Assembly: GCF_041689105.1 (NCBI RefSeq)
Contig: NZ_JBDNGU010000148.1
Span: 805-64,804 of the forward strand
Source of the DNA: Polaromonas sp.
GTDB taxonomy: Bacteria; Pseudomonadota; Gammaproteobacteria; Burkholderiales; Burkholderiaceae_C
Length of the DNA stretch: 64,000 nt
Reading direction: 5' to 3'
The notes beneath the pieces were generated by a model. It ran no database searches. It was not told where the DNA came from and saw only the letters and a list, made by a program, of their open reading frames with translations. Shown here piece after piece: positions 47,451-58,254 of the stretch (position 1 is its first letter; the number at the start of each line of letters is the position of its first letter). The position numbers and the translations under genes were made by a program.

Positions 47451-48860
47451 TCAGACCGGCACAGCCACTAGGTCATGGCCCTGGGTACCGACAATCCGGG
47501 CCTTCGTAAATTCCCCGACCTTGAGCGTCTTGCTGATTTTTTCGGGCGGCAACAGTTTCACGACGCCGTCAATCTCGGGCGCATCGGCGTAACTCCGGCC
47601 CACGCCGCCTTTTTTACCCATGCCTGGGGCCGAGTCCACCAGCACCTGCATGGTCTTGCCGATGCGCTGCTGCAGCTTGTTGCTTGACACCGCCGCGGCC
47701 ACTTCCATGAAACGCGCACGGCGTTCCTCGCGCAACGCCAGCGGCAGCATGCCGGGCAATTCATTGGCCTTCGCGCCATCGACCGGGCTGTAAGCGAAAC
47801 AGCCGGCACGGTCTATCTTCGCTTCGTGCATAAAAGCCAGCAAATCTTCAAATTCTTCTTCCGTCTCGCCAGGAAAGCCGGCAATAAAGGTGCTGCGGAT
47901 CACGATTTCCGGACACATCTCGCGCCAGCGCGCAATCCGCTCGAGGTTCTTTTCACCGCTGGCCGGCCGTTTCATGCGCTTGAGAACATCGGGATGGCTG
48001 TGCTGCAGCGGCACGTCCAGATAAGGCAACACCTTTCCGCTGGCCATCAGCGGAATCACCTCGTCCACGCTGGGGTAGGGATAGACATAGTGCAGGCGCA
48101 CCCAGGCGCCATAAGGTTCGGCAATCTCGCCGAGTGTCTGTACCAGCTCCAGCATGCGGGTCTTGACCGGCTTGCCGTCCCAGAAGCCGGTGCGGTACTT
48201 GACATCGACACCATAGGCCGAGGTGTCCTGGCTGATCACCAACAACTCCCTGACGCCACCCTCAAACAACGCGCGTGCTTCATTGAGCACGTCGCCAATC
48301 GGGCGTGACACCAGGTCACCGCGCATCGACGGAATGATGCAGAAGGTGCAGCGGTGGTTACAGCCTTCGCTGATTTTCAGATAGGCGTAGTGCCTCGGCG
48401 TGAGCTTGATGCCCGCAATGCCAAACGAATTGGGCACCAGGTCCACAAAAGGGTCATGCGGTTTGGGCAAGTTCAGGTGCACCGCGTCCATGACTTCCTG
48501 TGTGGCGTGCGGGCCCGTGACGGCCAGCACGCTGGGGTGCATCTGCCGCACCAGGTTGCCGCCGCCGTCCCCCGCCTTGGCGCCCAGGCAGCCCGTAACA
48601 ATGACACGCCCGTTTTCAGCCAGCGCCTCGCCAATCGTGTCCAGGCTTTCCTTGACCGCGTCGTCGATAAAACCGCAGGTGTTGACGATCACCAGATCGG
48701 CACCTTCAAAGGTTTTGGAGGTCTGGTACCCCTCGGCGTTGAGCTGTGTGAGGATCAGTTCCGAATCGGTCAGCGCCTTGGGGCAGCCAAGGCTGACAAA
48801 ACCGACGCGTGGTGCCCTGCTGGCGGAAACGGATGGAACGGGGGAAAGGACGGAGCTCAT
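47451..48860 (-). CDS. rimO: Ribosomal protein S12 methylthiotransferase
   Basis: [16 protein letters not shown], radical-SAM [11 protein letters not shown], and a C-terminal TRAM domain. The start is taken at Met11 (MSSVL). Confidence 0.9.
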   Translation of the reverse strand: MSSVLSPVPSVSASRAPRVGFVSLGCPKALTDSELILTQLNAEGYQTSKTFEGADLVIVNTCGFIDDAVKESLDTIGEALAENGRVIVTGCLGAKAGDGGGNLVRQMHPSVLAVTGPHATQEVMDAVHLNLPKPHDPFVDLVPNSFGIAGIKLTPRHYAYLKISEGCNHRCTFCIIPSMRGDLVSRPIGDVLNEARALFEGGVRELLVISQDTSAYGVDVKYRTGFWDGKPVKTRMLELVQTLGEIAEPYGAWVRLHYVYPYPSVDEVIPLMASGKVLPYLDVPLQHSHPDVLKRMKRPASGEKNLERIARWREMCPEIVIRSTFIAGFPGETEEEFEDLLAFMHEAKIDRAGCFAYSPVDGAKANELPGMLPLALREERRARFMEVAAAVSSNKLQQRIGKTMQVLVDSAPGMGKKGGVGRSYADAPEIDGVVKLLPPEKISKTLKVGEFTKARIVGTQGHDLVAVPV

Positions 48861-48865
48861 GCCCT

Positions 48866-48915
48866 CTATTGTCTCAGAGCCCGCCTGCATGGACCGGCGC
48901 AGGGGTAAAACGCTA
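48866..48915 (+). repeat. Possible R2 copy L (variant related to copy A)
   Basis: CTATTGTCTC... and ...GCATGGACCGGCGCAGGGG resemble the CTATTGTTTC... and ...TCATGGACCAGCGGGCG segments of copy A. The central core is missing. Confidence 0.35.
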
Positions 48916-48925
48916 GCGGCGTGAA

Positions 48926-49522
48926 TCAGCGCTTCAAGCCCATCGCAGCCAGCACTTGCTCGCTCTGCTTTTGCATCTGCTCCTGCATCTGCGTGAAGAC
49001 CGTCTTGGATTGCTCGACATAACTACCCATCATCCCCTGCATCATGGGGGACTGGGTATTGATGAATTGAGCCCACAGCTCAGGCGTCAGCCCCTTGGAC
49101 TGCTCGGACATCTGGACCTGCAGGTCCATGAAAGACTGGACGTTTTTTTCGAGGTAGCTGCCCATGAAGCTCTGCATCGCGTTGCCGTAAAAGCGGATGA
49201 TGTTGCCCAGCACCGCTTCGGTGAACATGGGCGCGCCACCGGTTTCTTCCTCAAGAATGATCTGCAGCATGATGCTGCGTGTCAGGTCTTCGCCTGTTTT
49301 GGCATCACGCACCACAAAGTCGGCCGTGTCCATCACCAGCTGCTTCACATCGGCCAGCGTGATGTAGGTCGAGGTATCGGTGTCGTAGAGGCGGCGATTC
49401 GGGTACTTTTTGATAATGCGCAGTTTGCCCCCCTTGCCATTGCCCGCCGGCGCACTTTGCGGCGACGACGCCTGATCAGGGGCCTGGCTTCTGGAAGGAC
49501 TGGTGGACTTGCTTTTTGGCAC
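48926..49522 (-). CDS. phaR: Polyhydroxyalkanoate synthesis repressor PhaR
   Basis: [29 protein letters not shown]. Confidence 0.88.
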   Translation of the reverse strand: MPKSKSTSPSRSQAPDQASSPQSAPAGNGKGGKLRIIKKYPNRRLYDTDTSTYITLADVKQLVMDTADFVVRDAKTGEDLTRSIMLQIILEEETGGAPMFTEAVLGNIIRFYGNAMQSFMGSYLEKNVQSFMDLQVQMSEQSKGLTPELWAQFINTQSPMMQGMMGSYVEQSKTVFTQMQEQMQKQSEQVLAAMGLKR

Positions 49523-49660
49523 TGCGCTGACTCCTGGGATGGCTACCCGTGCAGCTGCACAGGTCGGATGGTCATTCTAGGAAGTATGCATACCAACGAT
49601 CCCCTTGGTTTACCCTGTGTGCGCTGTGGAAGCCACAGGCAAGGAAAAAAATCAGGGAAT

Positions 49661-49737
49661 TGGTAGGCGCGATTGGACTCGAACCAACGACCCCCACCAT
49701 GTCAAGGTGGTGCTCTAACCAGCTGAGCTACGCGCCT
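49661..49737 (-). tRNA. tRNA-Val (anticodon GAC)
   Basis: The reverse complement is AGGCGCG-TA-GCTCAGCTGGTTAGAGC-A-CCACC-TTGACAT-GGTGG-GGGTC-GTTGG-TTCGAGT-CCAAT-CGCGCCT-A-CCA. Confidence 0.9.
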
Positions 49738-49756
49738 ACGGACTGTTCGACCTCGT

Positions 49757-49808
49757 CATTGTAGCAGGGCAAAATGTGTCTTTAGCCTCGCTCCGGATTT
49801 TTTGACAA
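49757..49808 (+). repeat. Possible degenerate R2 copy M
   Basis: CATTGTAGCAGGGC...GCTCCGGATTTTTTGAC resembles the GATAGCAGCC...AGCCCGATT... segments of copy D. Confidence 0.3.
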
Positions 49809-49812
49809 CAAA

Positions 49813-52068
49813 TCAGCGCCTTCGCGCGGAACGCACGCCGCCAACCTCGGCGACGATAGCAAGAACCTGGTTGAGCCGACCTGACTCCGCCACCTCGACG
49901 GTGAAGGTCATTCGCGCCGTGCCGCCGCGGTTGTCCTTGACCGACTGGGTCTGAACCCCGATCACATTCATTTTTTCCTTGGCGAACACTTCCGAGATGT
50001 CACGCAGCAAGCCCTGGCGATCAGCGGCTTCGATGGCAACGTCCACCGGGTAAACCGAGCCACCGCCTTTTTTCGGCTGACTCCATTGCACCTCGATCAC
50101 GCGGTCGGGGCTGCCGCTGGCCATGTTCCTGAAGTTGCTGCAATCGCTGCGGTGGATGCTCACGCCCTTGCCCTTGGTGACAAAACCCAGAATGACATCG
50201 GGCGGGGCAGGCTTGCAACATTTGGCCAGCTGGGTCAGCAGCGAATCGATGCCCACCACCAGCACGCCCCCCTTGCTGCCACGGTCACCGGTCTTTTCAG
50301 GTCTGGCCTTTTTTGCGAGCACATAGTCGTCCTGCGACGGCGCGGGCTCTGGCGGCTTGAGCATGTTCTCGATCGTGCGCAGGGACAGCTCGTCCTTGCC
50401 CACTACTTCAAACAGTTCATCGGCGCTTTTGAAGCCGAGCTGGGCTGCCAGATCTTCCAGCTTCATCGCCGTCCGGCCTTCGCGCTGCAACAGTTTCTCA
50501 ACCGCCTCACGGCCGCGCGCCACCGTCTGCGTCATGGCTTGGGCGTTGAACCACGCACGCACTTTGGACTTTGCACGGTGGCTCGCCAGAAAGCCCAGCT
50601 CAGGGTTGAGCCAGTCGCGCGAGGGGCCGCCTTCCTTCGTCGTGACGATCTCCACGGTCTGCCCGTTTTGCAGGGGTGTATTCAGCGGCACCATGGCACC
50701 GTCCAGGCGCGCGCCGCGGCAGCGGTGACCCAGGCTGGTATGCACACTGTAGGCAAAGTCCAGCGCCGTTGCGCCTTGCGGCAGCTCGACCACGGCCGCA
50801 TCCGGCGACAGCACGTAGATGCGGTCTTCGAACAGGCCCTGGTTGGCCTCACGCGCCTTGGCGGACGCCGGCCCGGACAGATCCCGCTCCCAGGCCAGCA
50901 ATTGGCGAAGTACGGCGATTTTCGCGTCGTATTCGCTGCTGGCCGACACCCCGCTGTAGCCCTTGGTGCCGGCTTCCTTGTAGGCCCAATGCGCAGCCAC
51001 GCCATGCTCGGCATGGTCGTGCATGGCCTGCGTGCGTATCTGGATCTCGACCGCGCGTTGCTGCGCATCGCGCACGACCGTGTGCAAGGACTGGTAACCA
51101 TTGGATTTTGGTTTGGCGATGTAGTCGTCGAACTCCCCTTCCACCGGCGTGAAACTGGCGTGCACAAAGCCCAGCGCCGCATAACAGCCTTTCACGTCGG
51201 CGGCGATGACGCGCAGGGCACGGATGTCGAAGACTTGGTCAAAATCAAGCGACTTGCCGCGCATCTTCTTGACAATGCTGTAGATGTGTTTGGGTCGGCC
51301 CTGCACCAGTGCCGCGATGCCGCTGCTGTTCAGCTCGCGCTCCAGCTGTGCCCGCAAGGCCTCCATGAAACCCTCGCGCTCGGCGCGTTTTTGATCGAGC
51401 AGGCGCGCGACGTGTTTGTAGGTATCGGGTTCGAGAAAGCGGAAGGCCAGGTCCTCCATCTCCCATTTGATCTGCCAGATACCCAGACGGTTGGCCAAGG
51501 GCGCGAACACATGCAGCGACTCGCGCGCCATCGCCAATGGCGCCGGCTGCCGAACGGATGCGAAGTGGCGCAGCGTCTGCAGACGCGACGCCAGCCGCAA
51601 CATGACGACCCGCAGATCGCGCGAGAACGCCAGCAGCATCTTGCGCACGTTTTCAGTCTGTGCGGCAGTGTCTTCCGTCAGCTGCGCCTTGGCATCGGAG
51701 GCACGGGCCTGCTTTTGTACATGGACCAGCTTGGTGGTTTCAATGGCCAGCGCCGCGAAGTTGGCGCCAAAGGCCTTGGCAATCACCTCCTGCGGCCTGT
51801 TCAGGTGCGCGCAGGCGTGCACCAGGTACGTGGCGGCCTGCATCGCCTCGGAACCGCCTATGGCCCGGAGAATCGCTGCAACCGCGTCCGCATGCGCCAG
51901 GATGTTTTCACCGGTGTCCAGTGTTTCGCTGGCGATCAACGGCTCGGCGAAGGCGCGGGCACGCATCAGCGCGTGCGGCTGGTCCGGCAGGCTGCCCGCA
52001 GTCGCCGTCACGATGGAGGCATTGGCAAGGACAGGCAAAGCGCCCTGCCCGGCCGCAGTATGTTTCAT
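49813..52068 (-). CDS. relA: GTP pyrophosphokinase RelA-type (p)ppGpp synthetase
   Basis: Synthetase motifs RPKHIYSIVKKM, DIRALRVI, GYQSLHTVV, EIQIRT, with TGS and ACT regions. The N-terminal pseudo-hydrolase lacks an HD dyad, so I call it RelA rather than SpoT. Confidence 0.88.
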   Translation of the reverse strand: MKHTAAGQGALPVLANASIVTATAGSLPDQPHALMRARAFAEPLIASETLDTGENILAHADAVAAILRAIGGSEAMQAATYLVHACAHLNRPQEVIAKAFGANFAALAIETTKLVHVQKQARASDAKAQLTEDTAAQTENVRKMLLAFSRDLRVVMLRLASRLQTLRHFASVRQPAPLAMARESLHVFAPLANRLGIWQIKWEMEDLAFRFLEPDTYKHVARLLDQKRAEREGFMEALRAQLERELNSSGIAALVQGRPKHIYSIVKKMRGKSLDFDQVFDIRALRVIAADVKGCYAALGFVHASFTPVEGEFDDYIAKPKSNGYQSLHTVVRDAQQRAVEIQIRTQAMHDHAEHGVAAHWAYKEAGTKGYSGVSASSEYDAKIAVLRQLLAWERDLSGPASAKAREANQGLFEDRIYVLSPDAAVVELPQGATALDFAYSVHTSLGHRCRGARLDGAMVPLNTPLQNGQTVEIVTTKEGGPSRDWLNPELGFLASHRAKSKVRAWFNAQAMTQTVARGREAVEKLLQREGRTAMKLEDLAAQLGFKSADELFEVVGKDELSLRTIENMLKPPEPAPSQDDYVLAKKARPEKTGDRGSKGGVLVVGIDSLLTQLAKCCKPAPPDVILGFVTKGKGVSIHRSDCSNFRNMASGSPDRVIEVQWSQPKKGGGSVYPVDVAIEAADRQGLLRDISEVFAKEKMNVIGVQTQSVKDNRGGTARMTFTVEVAESGRLNQVLAIVAEVGGVRSARRR

Positions 52069-52097
52069 GAAAGGTCAGTCAGCTTTGCGGAAATACT

Positions 52098-53063
52098 TCA
52101 AACCAGAAGAAAATCACCCACCGCACTGACCTGATCCATGGCTACCAGGGTCGGGGCATGGCCCACTCCGTCGAACTCCACCAGATGGGCTTTCGGGCCA
52201 CGCTGCGTCATGGCCAGCGCCGTGGCGTGGCTGAGCAGATCCGATTGCGCACCCCGCAGGATCAGCGTTGGCGCATGAACGTTGTCGTACAGCTGCCAGA
52301 GCATGGCCTCGCCTTGTCGTGCCGAGGTTTCGGTCACAGCGCGCACAGGCACCGCAATAGCCGGGTCGTAGTGCAGCATCATGCTGCCATCGGTCGCGCC
52401 GGGCACGGGTTTGACCATGTAGCGCGACAAAGCCAGCCACTCCTCCGGCGTATGCGGGCCAAAACTGGTTGAGATGGCCCACATCGCGTCGGCAGCCTGC
52501 TGCAGCGATTCGAAATGACCAGCTTTCCCCAGATAAGCTGCAATGCGCGTGATGGCCTGCCATTCGATGGCCGGGCCCACATCATTGAGCACCAGCTTGT
52601 GGATGTGTACCCCTGGGCTTGCCAGTGCGCTTGCCGCAGTGCTCTCCGAAGACGCGCTTGCGTCCTGGGACGGCCCCGCAGAACTCGAACCCTGCTGTCC
52701 AGCAATGGCCAGGCCAATCAGCCCGCCCATGCTGGTGCCGACCCAGTCCAGGATCGAGATGGGGGCTTGTTGATGCAAATGGGCCAGCAACACCATCATG
52801 TCCGCGGCGTACTGGGGGATGTGGTATCCCATGGGGTCCTTGAGCCAGTCGCTCTGACCGCGGCCAACCACGTCGGGACACACCACCCGAACCTCATCAG
52901 CCAGGTATGTCGCCAATACGTCAAAATCGCGCCCCTGGCGCGACAGGCCGTGAACACACAACACCACATGCGGGTTGGCCGGATCTCCCCACTGCCAGTA
53001 AGCCATGCGATGGCTGCCCGAAGCATCGGGGCAGGTTACGTAGTTCAGCGTAGGTTCGGTCAT
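52098..53063 (-). CDS. Alpha/beta-fold hydrolase
   Basis: Oxyanion HG (VLCVHGLSRQG), nucleophile elbow GTSMGG and C-terminal GHAP. The start is taken at Met15. It contains a Ser/Ala-rich low-complexity insert (GQQGSSSAGPSQDASASSESTAASALASPG). Confidence 0.75.
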   Translation of the reverse strand: MTEPTLNYVTCPDASGSHRMAYWQWGDPANPHVVLCVHGLSRQGRDFDVLATYLADEVRVVCPDVVGRGQSDWLKDPMGYHIPQYAADMMVLLAHLHQQAPISILDWVGTSMGGLIGLAIAGQQGSSSAGPSQDASASSESTAASALASPGVHIHKLVLNDVGPAIEWQAITRIAAYLGKAGHFESLQQAADAMWAISTSFGPHTPEEWLALSRYMVKPVPGATDGSMMLHYDPAIAVPVRAVTETSARQGEAMLWQLYDNVHAPTLILRGAQSDLLSHATALAMTQRGPKAHLVEFDGVGHAPTLVAMDQVSAVGDFLLV

Positions 53064-53154
53064 GGCCAGGGGAATCCGGGTTCGAGGCTTGATAATTGTC
53101 ATCACCGCTTTTCCAGCGTTTCATTGGCATCGTAAATCATCCGGAGAAAACTTC

Positions 53155-53937
53155 ATGCTCAAAGGTAAAACTGCACTCGTCACCGGCTCGACCAGCGGCA
53201 TCGGCCTGGGGATCGCGAAAGCGCTTGCGGCACAGGGCGCCAACATTGTCCTCAACGGGTTTGGCGACGCCGAAGGCCCGCAGGCAGAAATCGCTGCACT
53301 GGGCGCCAAGGTGCTCTACCACGGTGCAGACATGAGCAAGCCTGCCGAGATTGAAGCCATGATGAAGTTCGCGGCCGCGCAGTTCGGTCAGGTCGATATC
53401 CTGGTCAACAACGCCGGCATCCAGCATGTCGCCAGAGTAGAAAACTTCCCCGTGGAGCGCTGGGATGCCATCATCGCCATCAACCTGAGCAGCGCCTTCC
53501 ACGCTACCCGCCTGGCGCTGCCGGCCATGCAGGCGGCCAACGCTGGCAAGGGCTGGGGCCGCATCATCAACGTAGCGTCGGTTCATGGCCTGGTGGGCTC
53601 GGCCGAAAAATCCGCCTATGTCGCGGCAAAACACGGCATCGTCGGCCTGACCAAGGTCACTGCTCTCGAAAATGCTACCTCCGGTGTCACTTGTAACGCC
53701 ATCTGCCCGGGTTGGGTGCTGACGCCTCTGGTGCAAAAGCAGGTAGACGCCAAAGCCACAGCCGGTGCCATGTCGAATGAAGATGCCACGCGCCAGTTGC
53801 TCGGCGAAAAGGAGCCCTCCATGCAGTTCACCAAGCCGGAAGAACTTGGTGCACTTGCGGTATTTTTCTGCTCGCCGGCCGGTAACAATGTACGCGGGGT
53901 TGCCTGGAACATGGACGGCGGCTGGGCCGCTCAATAG
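53155..53937 (+). CDS. bdhA: 3-hydroxybutyrate dehydrogenase (SDR)
   Basis: The start is at Met32 of the track ORF (GGAGAAAA upstream). TGSTSGIGLGIA, catalytic YVAAKHG. Confidence 0.85.
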   Translation: MLKGKTALVTGSTSGIGLGIAKALAAQGANIVLNGFGDAEGPQAEIAALGAKVLYHGADMSKPAEIEAMMKFAAAQFGQVDILVNNAGIQHVARVENFPVERWDAIIAINLSSAFHATRLALPAMQAANAGKGWGRIINVASVHGLVGSAEKSAYVAAKHGIVGLTKVTALENATSGVTCNAICPGWVLTPLVQKQVDAKATAGAMSNEDATRQLLGEKEPSMQFTKPEELGALAVFFCSPAGNNVRGVAWNMDGGWAAQ

Positions 53938-54050
53938 ACACGCTACAGAGCCAAGGCTGACATGCCAGCCCCGGAAAGCCGCTCCTGGCCCTTCGCATTG
54001 TCCTGCACGCAGGACTTGGTCGGTCGGTCTGGGGGCAGGACTGGGCCATG

Positions 54051-54089
54051 AAAAAAGCCCCAAGTCGCAAGGACTTGGGGCTTGTGTTC
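54051..54089. terminator. Bidirectional terminator (tRNA-Val-CAC / bdhA)
   Basis: AAAAAA-GCCCCAAGTC-GCAA-GGACTTGGGGC-TTGTGTT. On the minus strand the stem is followed by T6. Confidence 0.7.
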
Positions 54090-54164
54090 TGGTGGGCGGT
54101 GCAAGTTTCGAACTTGCGACCCCTGCAGTGTGAATGCAGTGCTCTACCCCTGAGCTAACCGCCC
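54090..54164 (-). tRNA. tRNA-Val (anticodon CAC)
   Basis: The reverse complement is GGGCGGT-TA-GCTC-AGGGGTA-GAGC-A-CTGCA-TTCACAC-TGCAG-GGGTC-GCAAG-TTCGAAA-CTTGC-ACCGCCC-A-CCA. Confidence 0.85.
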
Positions 54165-54195
54165 TGTCGGTCAGCCTTAAATTATAGCGGTTTTG

Positions 54196-54903
54196 TCATG
54201 CAGTATCGAAAGCGCGCCAGACAGTTTTGCCTTTGCTGGCCTTGTCAATGTCAGCAAGCAGTGTTTCATGGACCTCCAGTTCCTGCTCGTTGGCGAGCAG
54301 CAGCGGCAGGTCGAACCCGCTCAAGTTGATAACAACCGTGTTCTCGCCGTCACCGCTGGAACTCCCCACCTCCATCACCAGCGTGTTTTGCCCACGCGTC
54401 AAGTTGATGTACACATCGGCGAGAAGTTCGGCATCGAGCAAGGCGCCATGAAGGGTACGGCCGGAATTGTCGACCTCCAGCCGGTCACACAAGGCATCGA
54501 GCGAGTTGCGCTTGCCGGGGAAAAGCTCCTTGGCCATCATCAGGCTGTCGGTAACTTTGGCCACACATTGCGCAATCGGCGGCAGACTCGCCAGCTCAAG
54601 CTCCTTGTTCAGAAAGCTCACATCAAAAGGCGCGTTGTGAATGATGATCTCGGCGCCCTGCAGATAAGCAAGAAGCTCCTGGGCGACCAGCGCGAACTTC
54701 GGCTTGTCCTTCAGGAAATCGTTGCTGATGCCGTGGACCTTGAGTGCGTCCTCATGGCTGTCACGCTCGGGGTTCAGGTAGAAGTGCTTGTTGTTGCCGG
54801 TCATTTTGCGGCTCAGCAGCTCCACACAACCGATTTCAATGATGCGGTCACCGTTTTCAGCGGAAAGGCCTGTGGTTTCGGTATCAAGGACGATTTGGCG
54901 CAT
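54196..54903 (-). CDS. dnaQ: DNA polymerase III epsilon subunit (3'-5' exonuclease)
   Basis: Exo motifs VLDTETTG, HNAPFDVSFL, HGALLDAELLADVY. Confidence 0.92.
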   Translation of the reverse strand: MRQIVLDTETTGLSAENGDRIIEIGCVELLSRKMTGNNKHFYLNPERDSHEDALKVHGISNDFLKDKPKFALVAQELLAYLQGAEIIIHNAPFDVSFLNKELELASLPPIAQCVAKVTDSLMMAKELFPGKRNSLDALCDRLEVDNSGRTLHGALLDAELLADVYINLTRGQNTLVMEVGSSSGDGENTVVINLSGFDLPLLLANEQELEVHETLLADIDKASKGKTVWRAFDTA

Positions 54904-54935
54904 GGGTCAATGGTAACGGCGTCGGCAACAAGGAA

Positions 54936-55274
54936 TCAATGCTTTTCCTTGGCATGGTTGATCGAGTATTTGGGAATCTCTACCGTTACATTGTTCTGGG
55001 CCAGCAACGCCTGGCAGCTCAGGCGCGAGTTGGGCTCCAGCCCCCAGGCACGGTCGAGCAGGTCTTCCTCGGTTTCATCGAGCTCGTTGAGCGATCCAAA
55101 ACCCTCACGCACGATCACGTGGCAGGTGGTGCAGGCCGCGCTCATGTCACACGCGTGTTCGATGTTGATGTTGTTGTCGAGCAAGGCTTCGCAAATGGAG
55201 GTGCCTGCAGGTGCCGAGACCTCGGCGCCATTCGGGCAGTACTCGGGATGGGGCAATATTTTGATAATGGGCAT
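54936..55274 (-). CDS. fdx: ISC-system [2Fe-2S] ferredoxin
   Basis: 112 aa with Cys ligands in EHACDMSAACTTCH...LSCQ. It follows hscA. Confidence 0.92.
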   Translation of the reverse strand: MPIIKILPHPEYCPNGAEVSAPAGTSICEALLDNNINIEHACDMSAACTTCHVIVREGFGSLNELDETEEDLLDRAWGLEPNSRLSCQALLAQNNVTVEIPKYSINHAKEKH

Positions 55275-55286
55275 GGGGTGGGTTCT

Positions 55287-57161
55287 TCAAACCGTGGCTA
55301 TGTTTTTGCCGGAAAGCGCCTGACGGATACCGCAGTTCATGCGTTGCGCGGCAAAATTTTCGGTTGCGTCAGCCAGCGCCTTGACGGCTCTTTCGATCTG
55401 CGCCGCATCACCCTGCTGGCGCGTACTTGCGAGCTCTGCCATCAGGCGGTCGATTTCCAGCTTCTCGTCGGCAGCCAGCAAATCACCATCGGCGGCCAGG
55501 GCACTTTGCGTGGCCAGAAGCATGCGGTCGGCATCGACCTGCGCCTCGGCCAGCGCGCGTGCCTGCATGTCCTGTTGGGCGGTCGAAAAACTTTCCTGCA
55601 GCATGCGCGCAATGTCGTCGTCGGACAAGCCATAAGAAGGCTTCACATCAATGCGCGCCTCCACGCCACTGACCTGCTCCTTCGCGTTGACACTGAGCAG
55701 GCCGTCAGCATCAACCGTGAAAGTAACCCGGATGCGCGCCGCACCGGCAGCCATGGGGGGAATGCCGCGCAGCTCGAAACGCGCCAGGCTGCGGCAGTCG
55801 ACCACCAGGTCGCGCTCGCCCTGCACCACATGCAGGGCCAACGCGGTCTGCCCGTCCTGGTAAGTGGTGAAGTCCTGTGCCATGGCTGTCGGGATGGTCT
55901 GGTTACGCGGCACGATACGCTCGACCAGACCGCCCATCGTTTCAATGCCCAGCGACAGGGGGATCACATCGAGCAGCAGCAACTCGCTGCCGACGCGGTT
56001 GCCTGCCAGTTGATGGGCGGAAACGGCCGCACCCAGTGCCACCACTTCATCGGGGTTCAAATTGGTCAAAGGCTCACGGCCGAAAAAGCTGGCAACCGCG
56101 CGGCGCACCTGCGGCATGCGTGTGGAACCGCCCACCAGCACGACACCCTGGATATCGTCTTTGCCCAACTGGGCATCACGCAAGGCCTTGCGAGCCGCGC
56201 CCAACGTGCGTTGGGTCAGCGAGGCAGTGACCGCTTCAAAGTCCGCAGCTTTCATGTCAAAATGGACGTTAGCCCTTGCCAGTCGGGCGGAGAATGCTAC
56301 TGAATTTGCAGCAGACAGCGCCTCCTTGCAGGCCCGCGCGGCTTGCAGCAACGCAGCCTTGTCACCCGCAGTCAGCGTGTCCGCCGCCAGCCCGGCCTTG
56401 ACCAGCACCCATTCGACCAGTGCGCGATCGTAGTCATCGCCGCCCAGGGCGGAGTCGCCGCCCGTGGCCACCACTTCAAACACTCCCTGGCTCAAGCGCA
56501 GGATGGAAATGTCAAAGGTGCCACCTCCCAGGTCGTAGATGGCATAAACACCTTCGCTGGCATTGTCCAGGCCATAGGCAATGGCTGCCGCCGTCGGCTC
56601 GTTGATCAGACGCAGCACGTTGATGCCCGCCAGTTGCGCGGCGTCCTTGGTGGCTTGACGTTGTGCGTCGTCGAAATACGCGGGAACCGTGATGACCGCG
56701 CCAAAAATATCATCGTTGAAGGTGTCTTCGGCCCGGTAGCGCAGGGCTGCCAGAATTTCAGCACTGACTTCGACCGGGCTTTTTTCGCCCGCAAGCGTCT
56801 GCACAGCCACCATGCCGGGCTTGTCGATCAACTCATATGGAAGTTGCGCACGGCCGGCGATGTCCTGCATGCTGCGGCCCATCAGGCGTTTGACCGAGGC
56901 GATGGTGTTTTTCGGATCGTCCGTCTGCGCAGCCAGCGCCTCAAACCCGATCTGCCGGCTCACAGAACCCGAGGCGTCCAGGCCATACCGAACCACACTG
57001 GGCAACAACACGCGTCCCTGTGCATCAGGCAGGCACTCTGCCACGCCATTGCGCACGCTGGCCACCAGCGAATGGGTGGTGCCCAGATCAATGCCGACGG
57101 CAATGCGCCGCTGATGCGGATCGGGCGTCTGGCCGGGTTCGGATATTTGCAGTAAAGCCAT
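55287..57161 (-). CDS. hscA: Fe-S cluster assembly chaperone HscA (Hsp70)
   Basis: The start is at Met30 of the track [37 protein letters not shown]. Confidence 0.95.
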   Translation of the reverse strand: MALLQISEPGQTPDPHQRRIAVGIDLGTTHSLVASVRNGVAECLPDAQGRVLLPSVVRYGLDASGSVSRQIGFEALAAQTDDPKNTIASVKRLMGRSMQDIAGRAQLPYELIDKPGMVAVQTLAGEKSPVEVSAEILAALRYRAEDTFNDDIFGAVITVPAYFDDAQRQATKDAAQLAGINVLRLINEPTAAAIAYGLDNASEGVYAIYDLGGGTFDISILRLSQGVFEVVATGGDSALGGDDYDRALVEWVLVKAGLAADTLTAGDKAALLQAARACKEALSAANSVAFSARLARANVHFDMKAADFEAVTASLTQRTLGAARKALRDAQLGKDDIQGVVLVGGSTRMPQVRRAVASFFGREPLTNLNPDEVVALGAAVSAHQLAGNRVGSELLLLDVIPLSLGIETMGGLVERIVPRNQTIPTAMAQDFTTYQDGQTALALHVVQGERDLVVDCRSLARFELRGIPPMAAGAARIRVTFTVDADGLLSVNAKEQVSGVEARIDVKPSYGLSDDDIARMLQESFSTAQQDMQARALAEAQVDADRMLLATQSALAADGDLLAADEKLEIDRLMAELASTRQQGDAAQIERAVKALADATENFAAQRMNCGIRQALSGKNIATV

Positions 57162-57195
57162 GGGGTGATTGTTACCGCCTGAAGGTTGTAAATTC

Positions 57196-57717
57196 TTATT
57201 GTCCCTGCGCGTCGATGCGGGCATCGATCTCGCTGCCAAAACGCTCAATAAACATAAGGCTTCTTACCTGTTGCGCTGCGGCCGGGAAGTTTTTCTCCCG
57301 GTCCAGCAATTGCTCTATTTTTGATAGCTTCTCGCGCTTGATGGTAGAGGCCTCAGACGCGATTTCTTCCAGGTTTTCGATCCCATCAGCTTCTTCCAGT
57401 GCTTCGCGCCACTGCATCTGCTGGACCAGGAAGTCCGGCGGCATGGCGGTGTTGCTTTCGGCCTCGATGGGCGCACCGTGCAGCTCGCACAGGTACATCG
57501 CCCGTTTCATAGGATTTTTCAGGCGTTGATAAGCCTCATTGATGCGCACCGACCACTGCATGGCCAGCCGCTGAGCCGCCCCGCCTTGCGCGACGAACTT
57601 GTCAGGGTGCGCTTCACGCTGAAGCTCTTTCCAGCGCGCATCCAGCGCGGCGCTGTCCTGCGCAAACTGCACCGGTACATCAAAGAGTTCGAAGTCGTTG
57701 GATTGGAGACTTGGCAC
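57196..57717 (-). CDS. hscB: Co-chaperone HscB (J-type)
   Basis: 173 aa with the J-domain HPD (EAHPDKF). Confidence 0.9.
   Translation of the reverse strand: MPSLQSNDFELFDVPVQFAQDSAALDARWKELQREAHPDKFVAQGGAAQRLAMQWSVRINEAYQRLKNPMKRAMYLCELHGAPIEAESNTAMPPDFLVQQMQWREALEEADGIENLEEIASEASTIKREKLSKIEQLLDREKNFPAAAQQVRSLMFIERFGSEIDARIDAQGQ
57315..57370 (+). repeat. R2 motif copy F (inside hscB)
   Basis: CTATTTTTGATAGCTTCTCGCGCTTGATGGTAGAGGCCTCAGACGCGATTTCTTCC. About 22/28 positions match the core of copy A. Confidence 0.5.
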
Positions 57718-57719
57718 GG

Positions 57720-57850
57720 AAAGCGTTTTCGGGATGGGAAGCGTAGCGAGCGGGCGTCAGCGAGGTGCGGCCAGCGCGGAGCAACCGGAGCGTACTTTAG
57801 GTACGTGAGGATTGCGAGCACTGCCCGCGCCTCGATCACGCACGGGCAGT
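57720..57850. repeat. Possible degenerate R1-related spacer element (iscA-hscB gap)
   Basis: GAAGCGTAGCGAGCGG and GGAGCGTACTTTAGGTACGTGAGGATTGCGAGC resemble segments of the R1 3' half. Confidence 0.35.
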
Positions 57851-57854
57851 AGCT

Positions 57855-58178
57855 TCACACCCGAAAAGATTCGCCGCACCCGCAGCGGTCACGCTCATTC
57901 GGATTGATGAACTTGAAGCCCTCATTGAGGCCCTCACGCACGAAGTCCAGCTGGGTACCGTCGATGTAGGCCATGCTTTTCGGATCGACCAGCACCTTCA
58001 CACCGTTGTCTTCAAAAACCACGTCTTCGGGCGCGATCTCGTCGGCATATTCAAGCTTGTAAGCCAGGCCGGAACAGCCGGTGGTTCGCACGCCCAGGCG
58101 CACACCCACGCCTTTGCCGCGCTTGCTCATGTAGCGGGTGACGTGTCGCGCTGCGGCGTCGGTGAGGGTAACGGACAT
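57855..58178 (-). CDS. iscA: Fe-S cluster insertion protein IscA
   Basis: [13 protein letters not shown]..., GCSGLAY, C-terminal CGCGESF. Confidence 0.93.
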   Translation of the reverse strand: MSVTLTDAAARHVTRYMSKRGKGVGVRLGVRTTGCSGLAYKLEYADEIAPEDVVFEDNGVKVLVDPKSMAYIDGTQLDFVREGLNEGFKFINPNERDRCGCGESFRV

Positions 58179-58221
58179 GATCAATGTAGGGATAGAGGGT
58201 AGAAAAGCCCGTTAGCCGCGA

Positions 58222-58235
58222 GCCTGTCGACAGGC
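58222..58235. repeat. 14-nt perfect palindrome GCCTGTCGACAGGC in the iscU-iscA spacer
   Basis: Read directly from the sequence. Confidence 0.8.
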
Positions 58236-58254
58236 GCAAGGCGAACGGTCGCTC

